Position numbers and translations under genes: made by a program. Positions 30,665-41,031 of a stretch of 64,000 nucleotides of DNA are shown piece by piece (the first letter of the stretch is position 1; each line of letters opens with the position of its first letter). Source of the stretch: an uncultured Candidatus Entotheonella sp. (GTDB lineage: Bacteria; Tectomicrobia; Entotheonellia; Entotheonellales; Entotheonellaceae). Below the pieces are notes generated by a model, which saw only the letters and a list, made by a program, of their open reading frames with translations, did no database searches and was not told where the DNA came from. The stretch is taken from NCBI GenBank assembly GCA_965217185.1, contig OZ244252.1, positions 160,001-224,000 on the forward strand, written 5' to 3'.

Positions 30665-32486
30665 GCGCTGCTTCCTCTATCATGTGCCGAATCTGCTGCA
30701 GCTTGCGCTCAACCGCCGGGTCGGCCTTGAGTTGCAGGGATTTTTCCCAGGCTGTCTCGGCCTCATGCATTCGGCTCAGCCGGAAGTAGATATCCCCCAG
30801 GTGTTCCTGAATGACGGGGTCGTCCGGTACCTCCTCGATGGCCCTTTTCAATTCCGCCAAGGCTTTCGCGTACAACCCTTTCTGGAAATAGGCCCAGCCG
30901 AGGCTGTCGAGAAAGTAGCCGTTGGTCGGTTCGATTGCCAGGGCGCGCTGAATCACGGTAATTGATTCGTCGAGCTTGATACCGCGCTCGGCGTACATGT
31001 AGCCGAGGTAATTCAAGGCGTTTGCGTGCCTGGGGGCGAGCGCGATGGTGTGCTCCATATGCTGCACGGAAGAATCGAAGTCCCCCAGCTTTTCGTACAC
31101 GGCGCCCAGGTTGAAATGGTAGGTGGCGTTGCCACCGTCCAGGTCCACGGCCTTTTTCAGGCTGACGACGGCATCGTTGTAGCCCTCGCTCTTGGCCAGC
31201 AAGAGGCCGAGGTAGAAATGCGACCCGGCCCGCTCCGGCTTTAGCGAGACGGCCTGGGTCAGGGCGTCGACCGCCTGCGGGAGATCTTCCATCTGTTCGT
31301 AGATATACCCAATATGTAAATAGACCTCGGGAGACTGCGGGCGCAGTTTCGCGGCTTTTTTCAACTCCGTCAGCGCTTCCTCGTAGCGTTCCAACTCCTC
31401 GTAGGTTTGCGCCAGATAGAAACGCATGTCGACGTTGTCCGGTTCCATCCGCACCACTTCCTGAAGGGCTTCGAGGGCTTCGAGGTATCTCTCCATTTGC
31501 AAACGGAGCATGCCGATGCGGCGCAGGTACAGGCTCTGCGGCTCCAGTTCCTGAAGCTCTTCATAAATCCACAGTGCTTCATCGAGCCGTTTCTGCTGGG
31601 TGTAAAGCTCGGCCAGGCGCTGCTGTAGCTTGAGGTTGTAAGGATTGATCTCGACGGCTTTTTGATACATCTCGGTCGCTTTGTCGTAGCGCTTCTGCAT
31701 GTCATAGATGTTGCCGAGAAAACGCAGCGCCGGCTCAAACTGCGGTTGCTCCGCGATCGCGCGTTTCAGATAGTGTTCGGCGAGGTCGTGGTCGTCCGCT
31801 TCGGCGTGGATGCGGGCGAGGGAGTACAAGCCGCGAGTCGAGTCCGGCATCACTTGCAGCAACTCCTCGAAGACGGCGATGGCCTCATCCCGTTGCCCCG
31901 CTTCAGCAAAGAGGGAGCCGAGGTGGAGATGCGCCGATTCCTGCTCAGGTTGCAGGGTAATGGACTTGCGGAAAGCGATTTGTGCTGCCTGGTTATCGCG
32001 TCTGAAGGTATGGATTCTACCGAGGAGGGAATAGGCCTCGTGGGACTCGGGGGCCAATTGAATGGCGCGCTCGCAGGCCTGCAGGGCCGCATCCAGATTG
32101 CCTTGCTTGACGTGCAGACGGGCCAACTCCAGATGCAGGAAGTTGGAACGCGACTGAGTGCGCAGGGCCCGGCGCATCTCGTCAACAGCGCGGTTCAGGT
32201 AATTCTGTTCCTTGTTGCTGCTGAACTGTAGCAGGTGGCTCAGAAGGTAGTGGAAATCGGACGCGGCGCGTTGTTGCAACGTCATGTAACGCCGGGCGGG
32301 GGCGTTCGGGGGACTTATCGGACCGGAGTAAGGCGCTTGCGCGATGGCGCAGCCGCTGAAAAACAGCAGCAAGGCCACAACCGCCCGGAACAAAGGCCTC
32401 CTGTTACTGCAACCTGTCGCGCACCGTGCTGAGCCCGTTGTGTTCTGCATCGTTCCTACCTTTTTGCTAGCAAATCTTGCCGCCAT
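30636..32486 (-). CDS. Tetratricopeptide-repeat lipoprotein (start uncertain, possibly 32450)
   Basis: Many TPR units; ALNYLGY...DSLGWAY...EHLGD C-terminal motifs; FSGC lipobox. Confidence 0.9.
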   Translation of the reverse strand: MAARFASKKVGTMQNTTGSARCATGCSNRRPLFRAVVALLLFFSGCAIAQAPYSGPISPPNAPARRYMTLQQRAASDFHYLLSHLLQFSSNKEQNYLNRAVDEMRRALRTQSRSNFLHLELARLHVKQGNLDAALQACERAIQLAPESHEAYSLLGRIHTFRRDNQAAQIAFRKSITLQPEQESAHLHLGSLFAEAGQRDEAIAVFEELLQVMPDSTRGLYSLARIHAEADDHDLAEHYLKRAIAEQPQFEPALRFLGNIYDMQKRYDKATEMYQKAVEINPYNLKLQQRLAELYTQQKRLDEALWIYEELQELEPQSLYLRRIGMLRLQMERYLEALEALQEVVRMEPDNVDMRFYLAQTYEELERYEEALTELKKAAKLRPQSPEVYLHIGYIYEQMEDLPQAVDALTQAVSLKPERAGSHFYLGLLLAKSEGYNDAVVSLKKAVDLDGGNATYHFNLGAVYEKLGDFDSSVQHMEHTIALAPRHANALNYLGYMYAERGIKLDESITVIQRALAIEPTNGYFLDSLGWAYFQKGLYAKALAELKRAIEEVPDDPVIQEHLGDIYFRLSRMHEAETAWEKSLQLKADPAVERKLQQIRHMIEEAAHGTPEPQRH

Positions 32487-32944
32487 GCCCGTCTTGCCGT
32501 CTCTCGCAATTCCGCGTCAGCGATGCACGCCGTGCCTTCCTGCACTTGGCGTTCCTCGTCCGCCGTCAACAGCGCCGGTTGTTGCGTCGGCCCCTCAGTC
32601 GAGGTTCGCGGCCTTGACGGCTGGTCGGAAGCATAGGCCAGCACGAATCGCAGGTTCGAGACCTTCACGCCGCCGACGACGCTGCGAATGTTGTGCCGTA
32701 ACTGCGCTTGATAAAACGTCATCTGCTGGAGCCAGATGGCGTCGCTGACGCTGATGAGCAACTCCCCCCACCTGAACCGCACGGGGTGCGACACCGTCGC
32801 GAGTTGAGTACCCGCAATGGCGGTCCAGTTGCGCTGCAGCGCAACCAGGGCGACGACGTTTTCGAGTCCGGCCTGTTGCAAGGCGTCCGTCAGCGCAACG
32901 TGCAACGGCTGCAGCGCTTTCTTGTTAGAAGCGCGGCGATTCAT
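32456..32944 (-). CDS. DUF721 / DciA family protein
   Basis: WTAIAGTQLATVSHP...LLISVSDAIWLQQM pattern. Confidence 0.75.
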   Translation of the reverse strand: MNRRASNKKALQPLHVALTDALQQAGLENVVALVALQRNWTAIAGTQLATVSHPVRFRWGELLISVSDAIWLQQMTFYQAQLRHNIRSVVGGVKVSNLRFVLAYASDQPSRPRTSTEGPTQQPALLTADEERQVQEGTACIADAELRETARRAWRQDLLAKR

Positions 32945-33650
32945 CGTCAGGGCCCTCGGGCTGAAGCCGGGCGCTTGGCGCGGAACGGCTCGTTGTTACC
33001 GGTTGGTCATTATACATCAGGGTGGCAATAGCCCCCATGATTTCTTTAACAATGGCTTCGGCGGTTTCCTTGCTGTTGGGCCGTTGGTAATACGGCTGCA
33101 GGTCCAACGGCCTGCCGTATCGCAGCGACACCGGCGTACGCCAGCGCGGCCACCATCGGCTGGAGCCCCAGACGCGGTCGGTACCGACGACGAGGATCGG
33201 GATGACAACGGGCTGAGCCTGGTAAATGATCTTGCCCAGCATGCGGTTGCCTTCGTGCAGGTGACCGTCACGGCTGCGGGTACCCTCGGGGAAGAGCATC
33301 ATTTTGCTGCTGCGCATATGGGTGAGCATGCGGCGGATGCCGCGCAGGTCGTTCCTGCCGCGGCGGACGGGGAAGACGCCCCAGGAGCGCAATAAGAGGC
33401 TGACGATCGACAGGCGGAACAGTTCTTCCTTGGCCGGCGCCCAGACCGTCTGGGCGCCGTGGGCCCTGTTGATGGAGTAGGGGATGAGCAGGGTGTCAAA
33501 CATGGAAATATGGTTGCTGGCGAGCACCACACCCCCGTGGCGTGGCACGTTCTCCAACCCCTGGATACGCAACCGGCAAAAGGGAAACAGGAAGAGCCCG
33601 ACCGCCCGAGTGGAGAAGCGGAGCCACAGTGTTGACAGAGTGGATGGCAT
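32925..33650 (-). CDS. 1-acyl-sn-glycerol-3-phosphate acyltransferase (PlsC family)
   Basis: NHISMFD, AKEELF, FPEGTRS. Confidence 0.92.
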   Translation of the reverse strand: MPSTLSTLWLRFSTRAVGLFLFPFCRLRIQGLENVPRHGGVVLASNHISMFDTLLIPYSINRAHGAQTVWAPAKEELFRLSIVSLLLRSWGVFPVRRGRNDLRGIRRMLTHMRSSKMMLFPEGTRSRDGHLHEGNRMLGKIIYQAQPVVIPILVVGTDRVWGSSRWWPRWRTPVSLRYGRPLDLQPYYQRPNSKETAEAIVKEIMGAIATLMYNDQPVTTSRSAPSARLQPEGPDDESPRF

Positions 33651-33684
33651 GATGGCTCCCTTGGACGCCTCCTGGCCACCGGCG

Positions 33685-34149
33685 TCAGGCTTGTGGCGGC
33701 GTCGGGTTGGCGTTCTGGCTCAGTGCCTGGTGTGCGGCCTGCAGCGCCAGCTCATAGCTGTGTGGTCCGAAACCCGCCACTTGGCCGAGGGCGATGTCCG
33801 CAATGTACGAATGCGCACGGAACGGCTCGCGCCGGTAAATGTTCGACAGATGGACTTCGATGACCGGAATACCCACCCCCAGAATCGCATCCCGCAGGGC
33901 GACGCTGGTGTGGGTGAAGGCAGCGGGGTTGAGGATCAGGATGTCCGCTTGCCGGCCATGGGCCTGAATCCAGTCGACCAACTCCCCTTCGTGGTTTGTC
34001 TGAAAGCATTCCGTTTCATGCCCCAGCCGCGCCGCTGCCTGCTGGAGGTTCTGATTGATGTCGGCCAGGGTTGTGGTGCCGTAGATGTGCTGCTCGCGGC
34101 TGCCCAGGAGATTGAGATTCGGGCCGTGGGCGATGAGTATCCGTGCCAT
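33685..34149 (-). CDS. aroQ: Type II 3-dehydroquinate dehydratase
   Basis: HGPNLNLLGSRE, NPAAFTHTSVALRDA, EVHLSNIYRREPFR. Confidence 0.96.
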   Translation of the reverse strand: MARILIAHGPNLNLLGSREQHIYGTTTLADINQNLQQAAARLGHETECFQTNHEGELVDWIQAHGRQADILILNPAAFTHTSVALRDAILGVGIPVIEVHLSNIYRREPFRAHSYIADIALGQVAGFGPHSYELALQAAHQALSQNANPTPPQA

Positions 34150-34163
34150 GGCTGTTACCGCCC

Positions 34164-35279
34164 TCACTGTGCGGTTGCGGGTGCTGCGGTGTATTCCTCA
34201 AGCAGCCCTTGCAGTTCGTCGAGGGGCACGGATTGCTGGAAGGCCACCGAGCCGATGTCTTCGAGCATCACGAATCGCACCACGCCGTTGACCGATTTTT
34301 TGTCGTGCGCCATCACGTCCAGCAGAGGCTGGGGCATGATGTCGGAATACGCGACGGGCAGTCGCAGGGCTGTCAGCAAGTCGTACAAACGTTCGCGTAC
34401 GTCCGCCGAGCAATACTGCAGCCGCTCGGACAGGCGCGCGACCAGCGCCATGCCGATTGCGACAGCCTCGCCGTGCGTGTAGCGCGCGTAGGCGGTGGCG
34501 GCTTCGAGTGCGTGGCCGATGGTGTGGCCGAAATTGAGAATGGCCCGCACGCCCTTCTCGGTGGGGTCCTCCTGCACCACCCGCACCTTCACCGCAATGG
34601 CGCGCTCGATGAGCGTGGTCAGCGTGACTTCGTTGCGCTCGCGGATGGCCTGTACGCGGCTTTCCATAAAGGCGAACAGCTCGGGGTCGCCGATGGCGCC
34701 GGCTTTGACGATTTCGCTCAGCCCGCAAAGGTATTCACGCTCCGGGAGCGAGGCCAGCAGGCTGGTGTCCGTCAGCACCATGCGAGGCGGGTAGAAGGCC
34801 CCGATCAGGTTCTTGCCGAGGGGGTGATTGACGCCCGTTTTGCCGCCGATGCTGCTATCGACCATGGCCAGAAGCGACGTGGGTACGTGCACCAGTGGAA
34901 TGCCGCGCATGTAGCTGGCGGCTACGAAGCCGCTCAGGTCGCCGATCACGCCGCCCCCCAGGGCGAAAATCACGCTTTGCCGGTCGGCGCCCATCCGCGC
35001 CAGCCTGGTGAACAGCCTAGCCGCATGCCGCAGCGTCTTGCTCCGTTCCCCCTCTGGGACCAGGCACGACTCGACCACATAGTCGGCCGCACGCAGTGAC
35101 TCGCTCAACTGTCCGCCGTACAACTCGTACAGGCTGGGATGCGTCAGCACAAACGCCTTGCGCCCGTTATTCCAGGCGCGCGCCTGCTGCCCCAACTGCG
35201 CCAATGCCCCGGCGCCGATATGGATGTCGTACTGTTCGGTAGCCGTCTGCACGGCAATGCAACGTGGCGTGGATGGCAT
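34164..35279 (-). CDS. aroB: 3-dehydroquinate synthase
   Basis: ALGGGVIGD, PTSLLAMVDSSIGGKT, KNLIGAF, LNFGHTIGHALE. Confidence 0.96.
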   Translation of the reverse strand: MPSTPRCIAVQTATEQYDIHIGAGALAQLGQQARAWNNGRKAFVLTHPSLYELYGGQLSESLRAADYVVESCLVPEGERSKTLRHAARLFTRLARMGADRQSVIFALGGGVIGDLSGFVAASYMRGIPLVHVPTSLLAMVDSSIGGKTGVNHPLGKNLIGAFYPPRMVLTDTSLLASLPEREYLCGLSEIVKAGAIGDPELFAFMESRVQAIRERNEVTLTTLIERAIAVKVRVVQEDPTEKGVRAILNFGHTIGHALEAATAYARYTHGEAVAIGMALVARLSERLQYCSADVRERLYDLLTALRLPVAYSDIMPQPLLDVMAHDKKSVNGVVRFVMLEDIGSVAFQQSVPLDELQGLLEEYTAAPATAQ

Positions 35280-35363
35280 GATAGCTCCTTACAAAAACGT
35301 GTCGCGGTGAGTCTGTGAATCCGGCAATGGTATCACAGCTTTCCACCATGGCGCCCGGTGCCG

Positions 35364-37617
35364 TCACTGCAGCGTCTCCAGGCTTTCCTGCGGTTCGCGG
35401 ATGATGCGCGGGGTGATGAAAAACAACAATTCGTCGGTGGTATCACGGTTGCGGGTTTTGCGGAAGAGCCAGCCCAGGCCGGGGATTTTCGACAAGAAGG
35501 GCACGCCGTTCTGGCTCGTGCTCATGTCGTGGGTGTAGAGGCCGCCGATGACCACCGTATCCCCGTCGCGCACCAGAATTTCGGTGGTGGCTTCGCGGGT
35601 GATGATGGTGGGCACGCCGTCGCGCGAGGTGTTGGTGAAGTCGGCAGCGTTGCGCGAGGCCGCGATCTTCATGTTGATGAAGCCGTGCGGCGTCACGTGC
35701 GGGGTGACGCGCAGGCTGATGCTGGCGTCGGCGAACTGCGTCTGGGTGCCTTGATTCTCGGAGGTGGTCTCGAACGGAATGCGCCGGCCGCTCTGGATGA
35801 GGGCTTCCGTGTTGTCCAACGTGGCAATGCGCGGTCTGGAGATCACCTTGCCGCGCCCGGAGGACTCCAGGGCGGAGAGGTGAACGTCGAGGAAGCTGCC
35901 GCCGACACTGGCGAAAGAAATGCCCAGCGAGCCGCCGGCTCCCACTCCGACCTGGGCGGGCAGGTCCAGAATGAAATTGCCGGGAACGTCGGAGCCCGCA
36001 CGGCTTCCTCCTCCGAAAATCGATACGGCGCTGGGAAAGGACGCGCTGGTTTTCTCTTCCGCGCGCCCGGCAAGCTGCACCCCCAGCTCGCGTAGGAAGT
36101 TGCGGGAGGATTCGACGATACGCGACTCGATCATGATCTGCGGTGTCGCGCGGTCCAGCGTCGCCACCAGGTCGGTTATCGTGCTGATGGCGGCCCGCGT
36201 ATCGTTGACGATAATCGTGTTGGTGCGCGTATCGACGGCCAGTGAGCCTCTGTCGCTCAGCAGCTTCTCCAGGTTCGGCTGCAGAGCGGCGGCGTTGGCG
36301 TAGCTGATGGTGATCACCTGCGTGAACGTCGGCTGGATTTGCCGCTGCGCCTCCTGCTCCCGCAGCCTGGCCTCGCGTTTCTTGACGAAATGCTCCAGCG
36401 GCGCGATGCGGATGACGTTGCCGGACCGTTCTTGTCCCATGCCGTTGATGCTGAGCACCGCGTCCAGTGCCTCATCCCACGGCACGTTTTCCAGACGGGT
36501 GGTGACTTTGCCCTGCACGTCGGCCCCGGCGATGATGTTCACCCCCACCACGTCAGCGATCAGCCGCAGGACGTCGTGAAGGTCGGCTTCCTGCATGTCG
36601 AGGGAGATAGTTTCGCCACTAGTAGCTGTTCAACGTAATGCACAGGCATGATAAGTTGCCTCCCAGTAAGCTGCTGGCCATAAGCTGGGAGGGATGATTG
36701 TGAAGAAGCTCTATGTGGTCCGTTTGAGTGAAGAAGAACGGACCGAATTGACGAAACGGGTCAAGTTGCATCATCTCTATCCCGTGATCAAAGATTGACG
36801 CACTACTAGGCACGAGAGACGGATCGTCGTGTTCGGACGGCGGTTCGGGAGCCGCCTCGGTCTCCGGGAGTTCCACCACCGCTTCGGGCGGTGCCGGCTC
36901 TGCTGTTATTTCGTCCGTCGCAGACTCCGTACCTGTCTCGGAGGCCGGGGGTTCTGCGGCCGTCTCAGATGACATCGGCTCGTCGGGTGCATCGACCGGC
37001 TCGGATGGCGGTGGTTCCGGTTCCGAGATTGCCTCGGCTTCCGGGAGTTCCATGACCCTCTCGGGCAAGGCCGGCTCTGCGTCCGCTTCTGGAGCCGGGG
37101 TTGGGCTTTCGGCAGCACCGGCGTCAGGCTGCCGGCGGGCCAAAGCGAGCCGTATCACACCCTGGTCCTGTTCCACTTCGAACGGAACGGCTTCATGCAG
37201 ATGAACCCTGATGATGACCTGCGGTTGCATGTCGCGAATCCGTTCCACCGCCACCACCTTGGTCACGGTGCCACCCGGGTCCTGCAAGGCAAAGACCGAT
37301 TGCTCGGTGCCCAGGCGCGTTGCTTGAATGTCCAGGGCCACGTGGGTCGGCTCGTGCCGTTGATGAGCGCGTATCTGCGGTGGCGCACCCGAGGTCCGCA
37401 CGACGACCACCGCTGCATCGACTTGGCTTTCAAAGGAGACGTCGGTTACGACAGTTGCCGCGTCGCCGAAGAGATCCGGCACCGGTTCCGGCTGCCACAG
37501 GGCATCGGCTCCGGCGGGCGTGTACGGCTCCAATTCGGTGTGGCATCCGCTTATGCACAGGGCCGCGACAAGCCCAAAGACTACACAAAAAATGCCTCCG
37601 GCAAGGCGCATGCTCAC
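35364..37617 (-). pseudogene. pilQ: Type IV pilus secretin PilQ interrupted by a MITE
   Basis: Removing 36622-36806 plus one TA fuses the two ORFs in frame (PSLVPS|GETISLDMQEAD); NVPWDEAL and GVPFLSKIPGLGWLF secretin motifs. Confidence 0.92.
36622..36806 (+). mobile_element. IS630-derived MITE, family A copy 1 (185 bp)
   Basis: TA duplication in CTAG context; ends GTAGCTGTTCAA / TTGACGCACTAC; fused transposase termini VKKLYVVRLSEEER...KLHHLYPVIKD*. Confidence 0.9.
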
Positions 37618-38570
37618 CCTCCTTCGCCATCCCGGCGCCGCAGCGGCAGGGTGAGCGGTTCCGAAATAATTTCGTTTTCAGGTGTCACGTAGAATTCCTC
37701 TATGACGAGCGCCTGCTCGCGGATTTCGGAAACGCGCCCGCCGTGCGTGCCCATCCGGGTGCCGACCGTGACGTAATACCCCTTGCCGTCCGGCGCTTTG
37801 ACCAGCGCTTTGCTGCCGAAGCCGCCTCGCACGATGGCGACCAGCTTCAGATCCGCCAGGTCGAAACGTTCCAGCGGCTCGCGTGCTTCGGTAGGCGCGC
37901 GCTCCACGCGTTTGGGGGCCGCTGGCGGGGGCGCCTCTTTGACGAGGGGTTCCATGGGGTCGCGCCGTCCCTGTGGATCGTAGCCGAAGCCTGCGGCCAC
38001 TGACACAGGCTCCACATCTGCTCCGTCTTCGCCAAGATAGCGAAACGTGGTCGCCAGGCATTGGGTCGTTTGCCCCATCGCCTGCATGTCGAGTCGGTTT
38101 ACCTGGATAAGTCCCGGCCATGTGGCCAAACGATCCAGGAATAATCCAACGGCGTGGTACGGGCCTTGTAGTTTCATCATAATCGGCATTTCCGCGTACA
38201 GTTCGCTGCGTCGTTCGCTCTGCGGCCGTAACAAGTCGATCCGTAGGCCCGTGCGGGCGCCAAGGTCGGAAATCCGGCGGATCAGGGTGGGCGGGTCCTG
38301 CTGCCGCGGCAGGAATTGTCGATGCCGGACCAACTCGGCCCTGAGCGCAGCCACGGCGTCCTCCAGCCCCTCGACCTGGGCGGCGATGGTGCGCTGGCGC
38401 CGCAACTGTTGCGTCTCCGAGGCGTTGCGCGCCTGCAAGGCGGCCAGTTCTTCGGCGCGCGGCTGGTGCACGATGTTCCAATAGGTGCCCCCGACCAGCA
38501 GCAAGAGAACCGGCACCATCACCCAGCGATACAGGCTCGGAATCGTTTCGAGGCGTTCTATCCAAGGCAT
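37614..38570 (-). CDS. Fused PilO-PilP type IV pilus assembly protein
   Basis: N-terminal TM, coiled coil and PilO motifs (LP..D, YAEMPI, GPYHAVGLFLD, ATTFRY), then PilP motifs (YDPQGRRDP, PLERFDLADLKLVAI, ALVKAPDGKGY). Confidence 0.85.
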   Translation of the reverse strand: MPWIERLETIPSLYRWVMVPVLLLLVGGTYWNIVHQPRAEELAALQARNASETQQLRRQRTIAAQVEGLEDAVAALRAELVRHRQFLPRQQDPPTLIRRISDLGARTGLRIDLLRPQSERRSELYAEMPIMMKLQGPYHAVGLFLDRLATWPGLIQVNRLDMQAMGQTTQCLATTFRYLGEDGADVEPVSVAAGFGYDPQGRRDPMEPLVKEAPPPAAPKRVERAPTEAREPLERFDLADLKLVAIVRGGFGSKALVKAPDGKGYYVTVGTRMGTHGGRVSEIREQALVIEEFYVTPENEIISEPLTLPLRRRDGEGG

Positions 38571-38587
38571 GAATTACTCCGGTTGTC

Positions 38588-39148
38588 TCACGGCCCTGTC
38601 TCGGGCAGCGCTAAATGGGCGGCCACGATGAAGGCCACGATGGGCCTGCCGTGCAGCACCCCGGCCTTCGATTCCACCAGAACGACACGCGAAAACGGTG
38701 CGCCGGAAGCCACACCAAGATTCTCCATGAACGCCGCGACACTCTCATTGTCAAATGATTTGCCAGTGATCTCAAGACCCGCGTCAGTGTCGCGGACGGT
38801 GTCCAGCCATATCTGTTCCGGGAGGCTTTGGCTGATTGCTGAAAGCAGCCGTGCCGGTTGTCGTTGAGCGCTCCGCAGGCCGTCGATCGCCGACACCTTG
38901 CGCTCGAGTTCCGCCTTCTTGACCTGCAATCGCGCCGCCTGTTTCAGCAGAGGCTGCAACGTCTTCAACTCGGCCTCTACTCGCCGTTGTTCGTCGCGTT
39001 GCGTCGTCAGGTGACGGTCCTGCATTCCATGCAATCGGGTGCCGACCGCCGCCAGGACGAGCAGGGCGAACAGGGTCAGCGACAGTTGCCACCAGGTTTC
39101 GCCGTGGCGCCTGATGTTTTGCGTTCCGAGCAGATTGACGCGGATCAT
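38588..39148 (-). CDS. pilN: Type IV pilus assembly protein PilN
   Basis: MIRVNLL N-terminus, TM, coiled coil, LPEQIWL. Confidence 0.9.
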   Translation of the reverse strand: MIRVNLLGTQNIRRHGETWWQLSLTLFALLVLAAVGTRLHGMQDRHLTTQRDEQRRVEAELKTLQPLLKQAARLQVKKAELERKVSAIDGLRSAQRQPARLLSAISQSLPEQIWLDTVRDTDAGLEITGKSFDNESVAAFMENLGVASGAPFSRVVLVESKAGVLHGRPIVAFIVAAHLALPETGP

Positions 39149-40221
39149 CGATCGCCTCGCCTCCTCAAGGCCAGTCCTGCAGCCACCGCGGCGAGCGGCG
39201 CCATGTCTCGCAGGTAGGCGGCATCGAACTGGCTGTCGTCACAATCAATGCGGTCGAATGGGTTCGCCACGCTGACCGGCAATCCCAAGTGCGCGCCGAG
39301 AAAGCGATCAAGCCCCTTCATGCGGGCGCAGCCGCCGCTGATCACAACGCGGTCGACATCCCGGTTGGTGGTGGCGCGAAAAAGCTCGAACGACCGCCGC
39401 AGTTCGCCGCCGATTTCGGTGCTCACCGCTGCCAAGACGCCGAGCAAGGCTTCCCGTTGTGCGGCGTCAATGTGTCCATGGCCCATTTTCAATGCCTCCG
39501 CCTCATCATGGTCAACCCCGAAGGCATTCTGCACTGCGGACGTGTAGCGGTGGCCGCCGGTGGCGACGGCGCGCTGAAACCGCGTCACGCCGTTGACCAC
39601 GATGTTGACGTTCGTGGTGCTGGCGCCGATATCGACGAGGGCTATCGGCACGTCTGCCAAGCCGTGCGCTGCCTCAAACGCGTTCGCCAGCGCCAAGGCG
39701 TCGACGTCGACCACGACCGGCCTGAGCCCGGCGGCGGTGAGCAGACCCGTGTCCTCGGCGACCTTTGCCTTCCGCGCTGCCACCAGCAGAACGTCCATCT
39801 GCCCGCCTGTTGCGTCGTCTGGCGAGAGAATTCGAAAATCCAGATTGACGTCGGCCATGTCGAACGGGATATGCTGTTCCGCCTCCCATTGCATTGCTTC
39901 GGCCAACTCCCTGTCGCTCATGCGTGGGAGGCGAATAGTCTTGCTCAGAACCGCTTAGCCTGACAGTGCGACGGCCGTATCCCTGGCGCTGATTTTCTCC
40001 ATGCGGATCAGATTGCGGATCGCCGTGACCACGCTGCCCTCGTCCATGCTGGTATGATCGACGATGGCTCGGGGGGGCAGGGGCATGACGCCAAAGTTGA
40101 CGAGTTGGTAACTGCCTTGGCGAGCTTTGAGCCTGACCAATTTGATCGAATGGCTGCCAATGTCGAGCCCCGTCAACAGGGGCTTGCGGCCGAAATGTGG
40201 GAGGCGTTGCAGAAGAGCCAT
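39145..40221 (-). pseudogene. pilM: Type IV pilus protein PilM with an internal nonsense codon
   Basis: GLDIGSHSIKLV; VALSG*AVLSKTI (TAA 39955-39957) with the frame continuing; EAEQHIPF, VDIGA, SGGCA, VANPF, GLALR. Confidence 0.92.
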
Positions 40222-40239
40222 GGATAGAAGTCAACTCCC
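40178..40239. repeat. 62-bp exact direct repeat (other copy 48785-48846) covering the pilM start
   Basis: AGGGGCTTGCGGCC...GAAGTCAACTCCC is identical in both copies; imperfect similarity extends ~35 bp further into pilM. Confidence 0.95.
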
Positions 40240-40345
40240 AGATTGATTTTTTCAGGAATCGCCATGGCCCGTAGGCCACATAGAGCGGTTTTCACATGAC
40301 GATACGGCAAACCCGGCGGTGACGTGCAGCCCCGTAGCCTTTCCA

Positions 40346-40572
40346 GGGTGGCGCAGGCTTTCAGTCTGCGCGAAGGGCGGTCCCGCCCTCCGTGGGCAGA
40401 CAGGAATGTCTGCCCCACCTTTCTGGCGAAAACCAGATGTAAGAACCATGAAAAGAGGCTTCCCGCACCCGTCACTCCTGCGGAAGCCGGGAGTCCAGGG
40501 TTTTCCCGGGTTAGAGAACCTGCCCCGGACTCGATCCGGGGTCGCTGGATTCCCGCTTTCGCGGGAGATGAC
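40346..40572. repeat. Cluster of REP-like palindromic elements
   Basis: GGTGGCGCAGGCTTTCAGTCTGCG; GGGCAGACAGGAATGTCTGCCCCACC; inverted pair GTCACTCCTGCGGAAGCCGGGAGTCCAG / CTGGATTCCCGCTTTCGCGGGAGATGAC around CCCCGGACTCGATCCGGGG. Confidence 0.7.
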
Positions 40573-40912
40573 ATATCAACGGGCCAACCCCCATTCAGCA
40601 GTGCGCACACTCCGCACCGGTCGGCAGGTTTCCCGCATCCGTTGCTCCAGCCTCAGCGTGATCTCGACCTCAACCCCTTTGCGCAGCGCACATTCCTAGA
40701 CGATCGCGACTCGCCAGCTAGTCTCTTTTCCTGGTAGGATTCGGAGAGTCTGAGCGGTCACGCCGGCACGTCGAAAACGAGGATGGCGACAGTGACCTCT
40801 CGGTTCACGTCGTCGCGATGGCCGAAGACGTAACGAAATTCCGTCTCCGACTTGGCGTCTCGCTCGGCCTTGTAGTTTGGATGTTCCCGAACGGTTTTGG
40901 TTATTCCTTCTA

Positions 40913-41029
40913 GTACCTCGTCAACGTGATATGCACGGATGCCGAAAACCGTCCATGTGCACCCCTGCCTCGCGAGGCAGGGGTGCACATGGCATGGTCC
41001 TTCCCCCACTTTTCAGATTGACTAGGTAC
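40913..41029. mobile_element. MITE family B (117 bp) with an internal perfect 40-bp palindrome
   Basis: IRs GTACCTCGTCAA / TTGACTAGGTAC (11/12); TA duplication; palindrome at 40953-40992. Confidence 0.85.
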
Positions 41030-41031
41030 TA

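Noticed and set aside
39955..39957. Stop-codon readthrough or recoding in pilM (and the TAG in the IS5 transposase)
   Set aside because: TAA is not a Sec/Pyl codon, other genes end normally in TAA/TAG, and pilQ is independently broken; simple nonsense mutations are more likely
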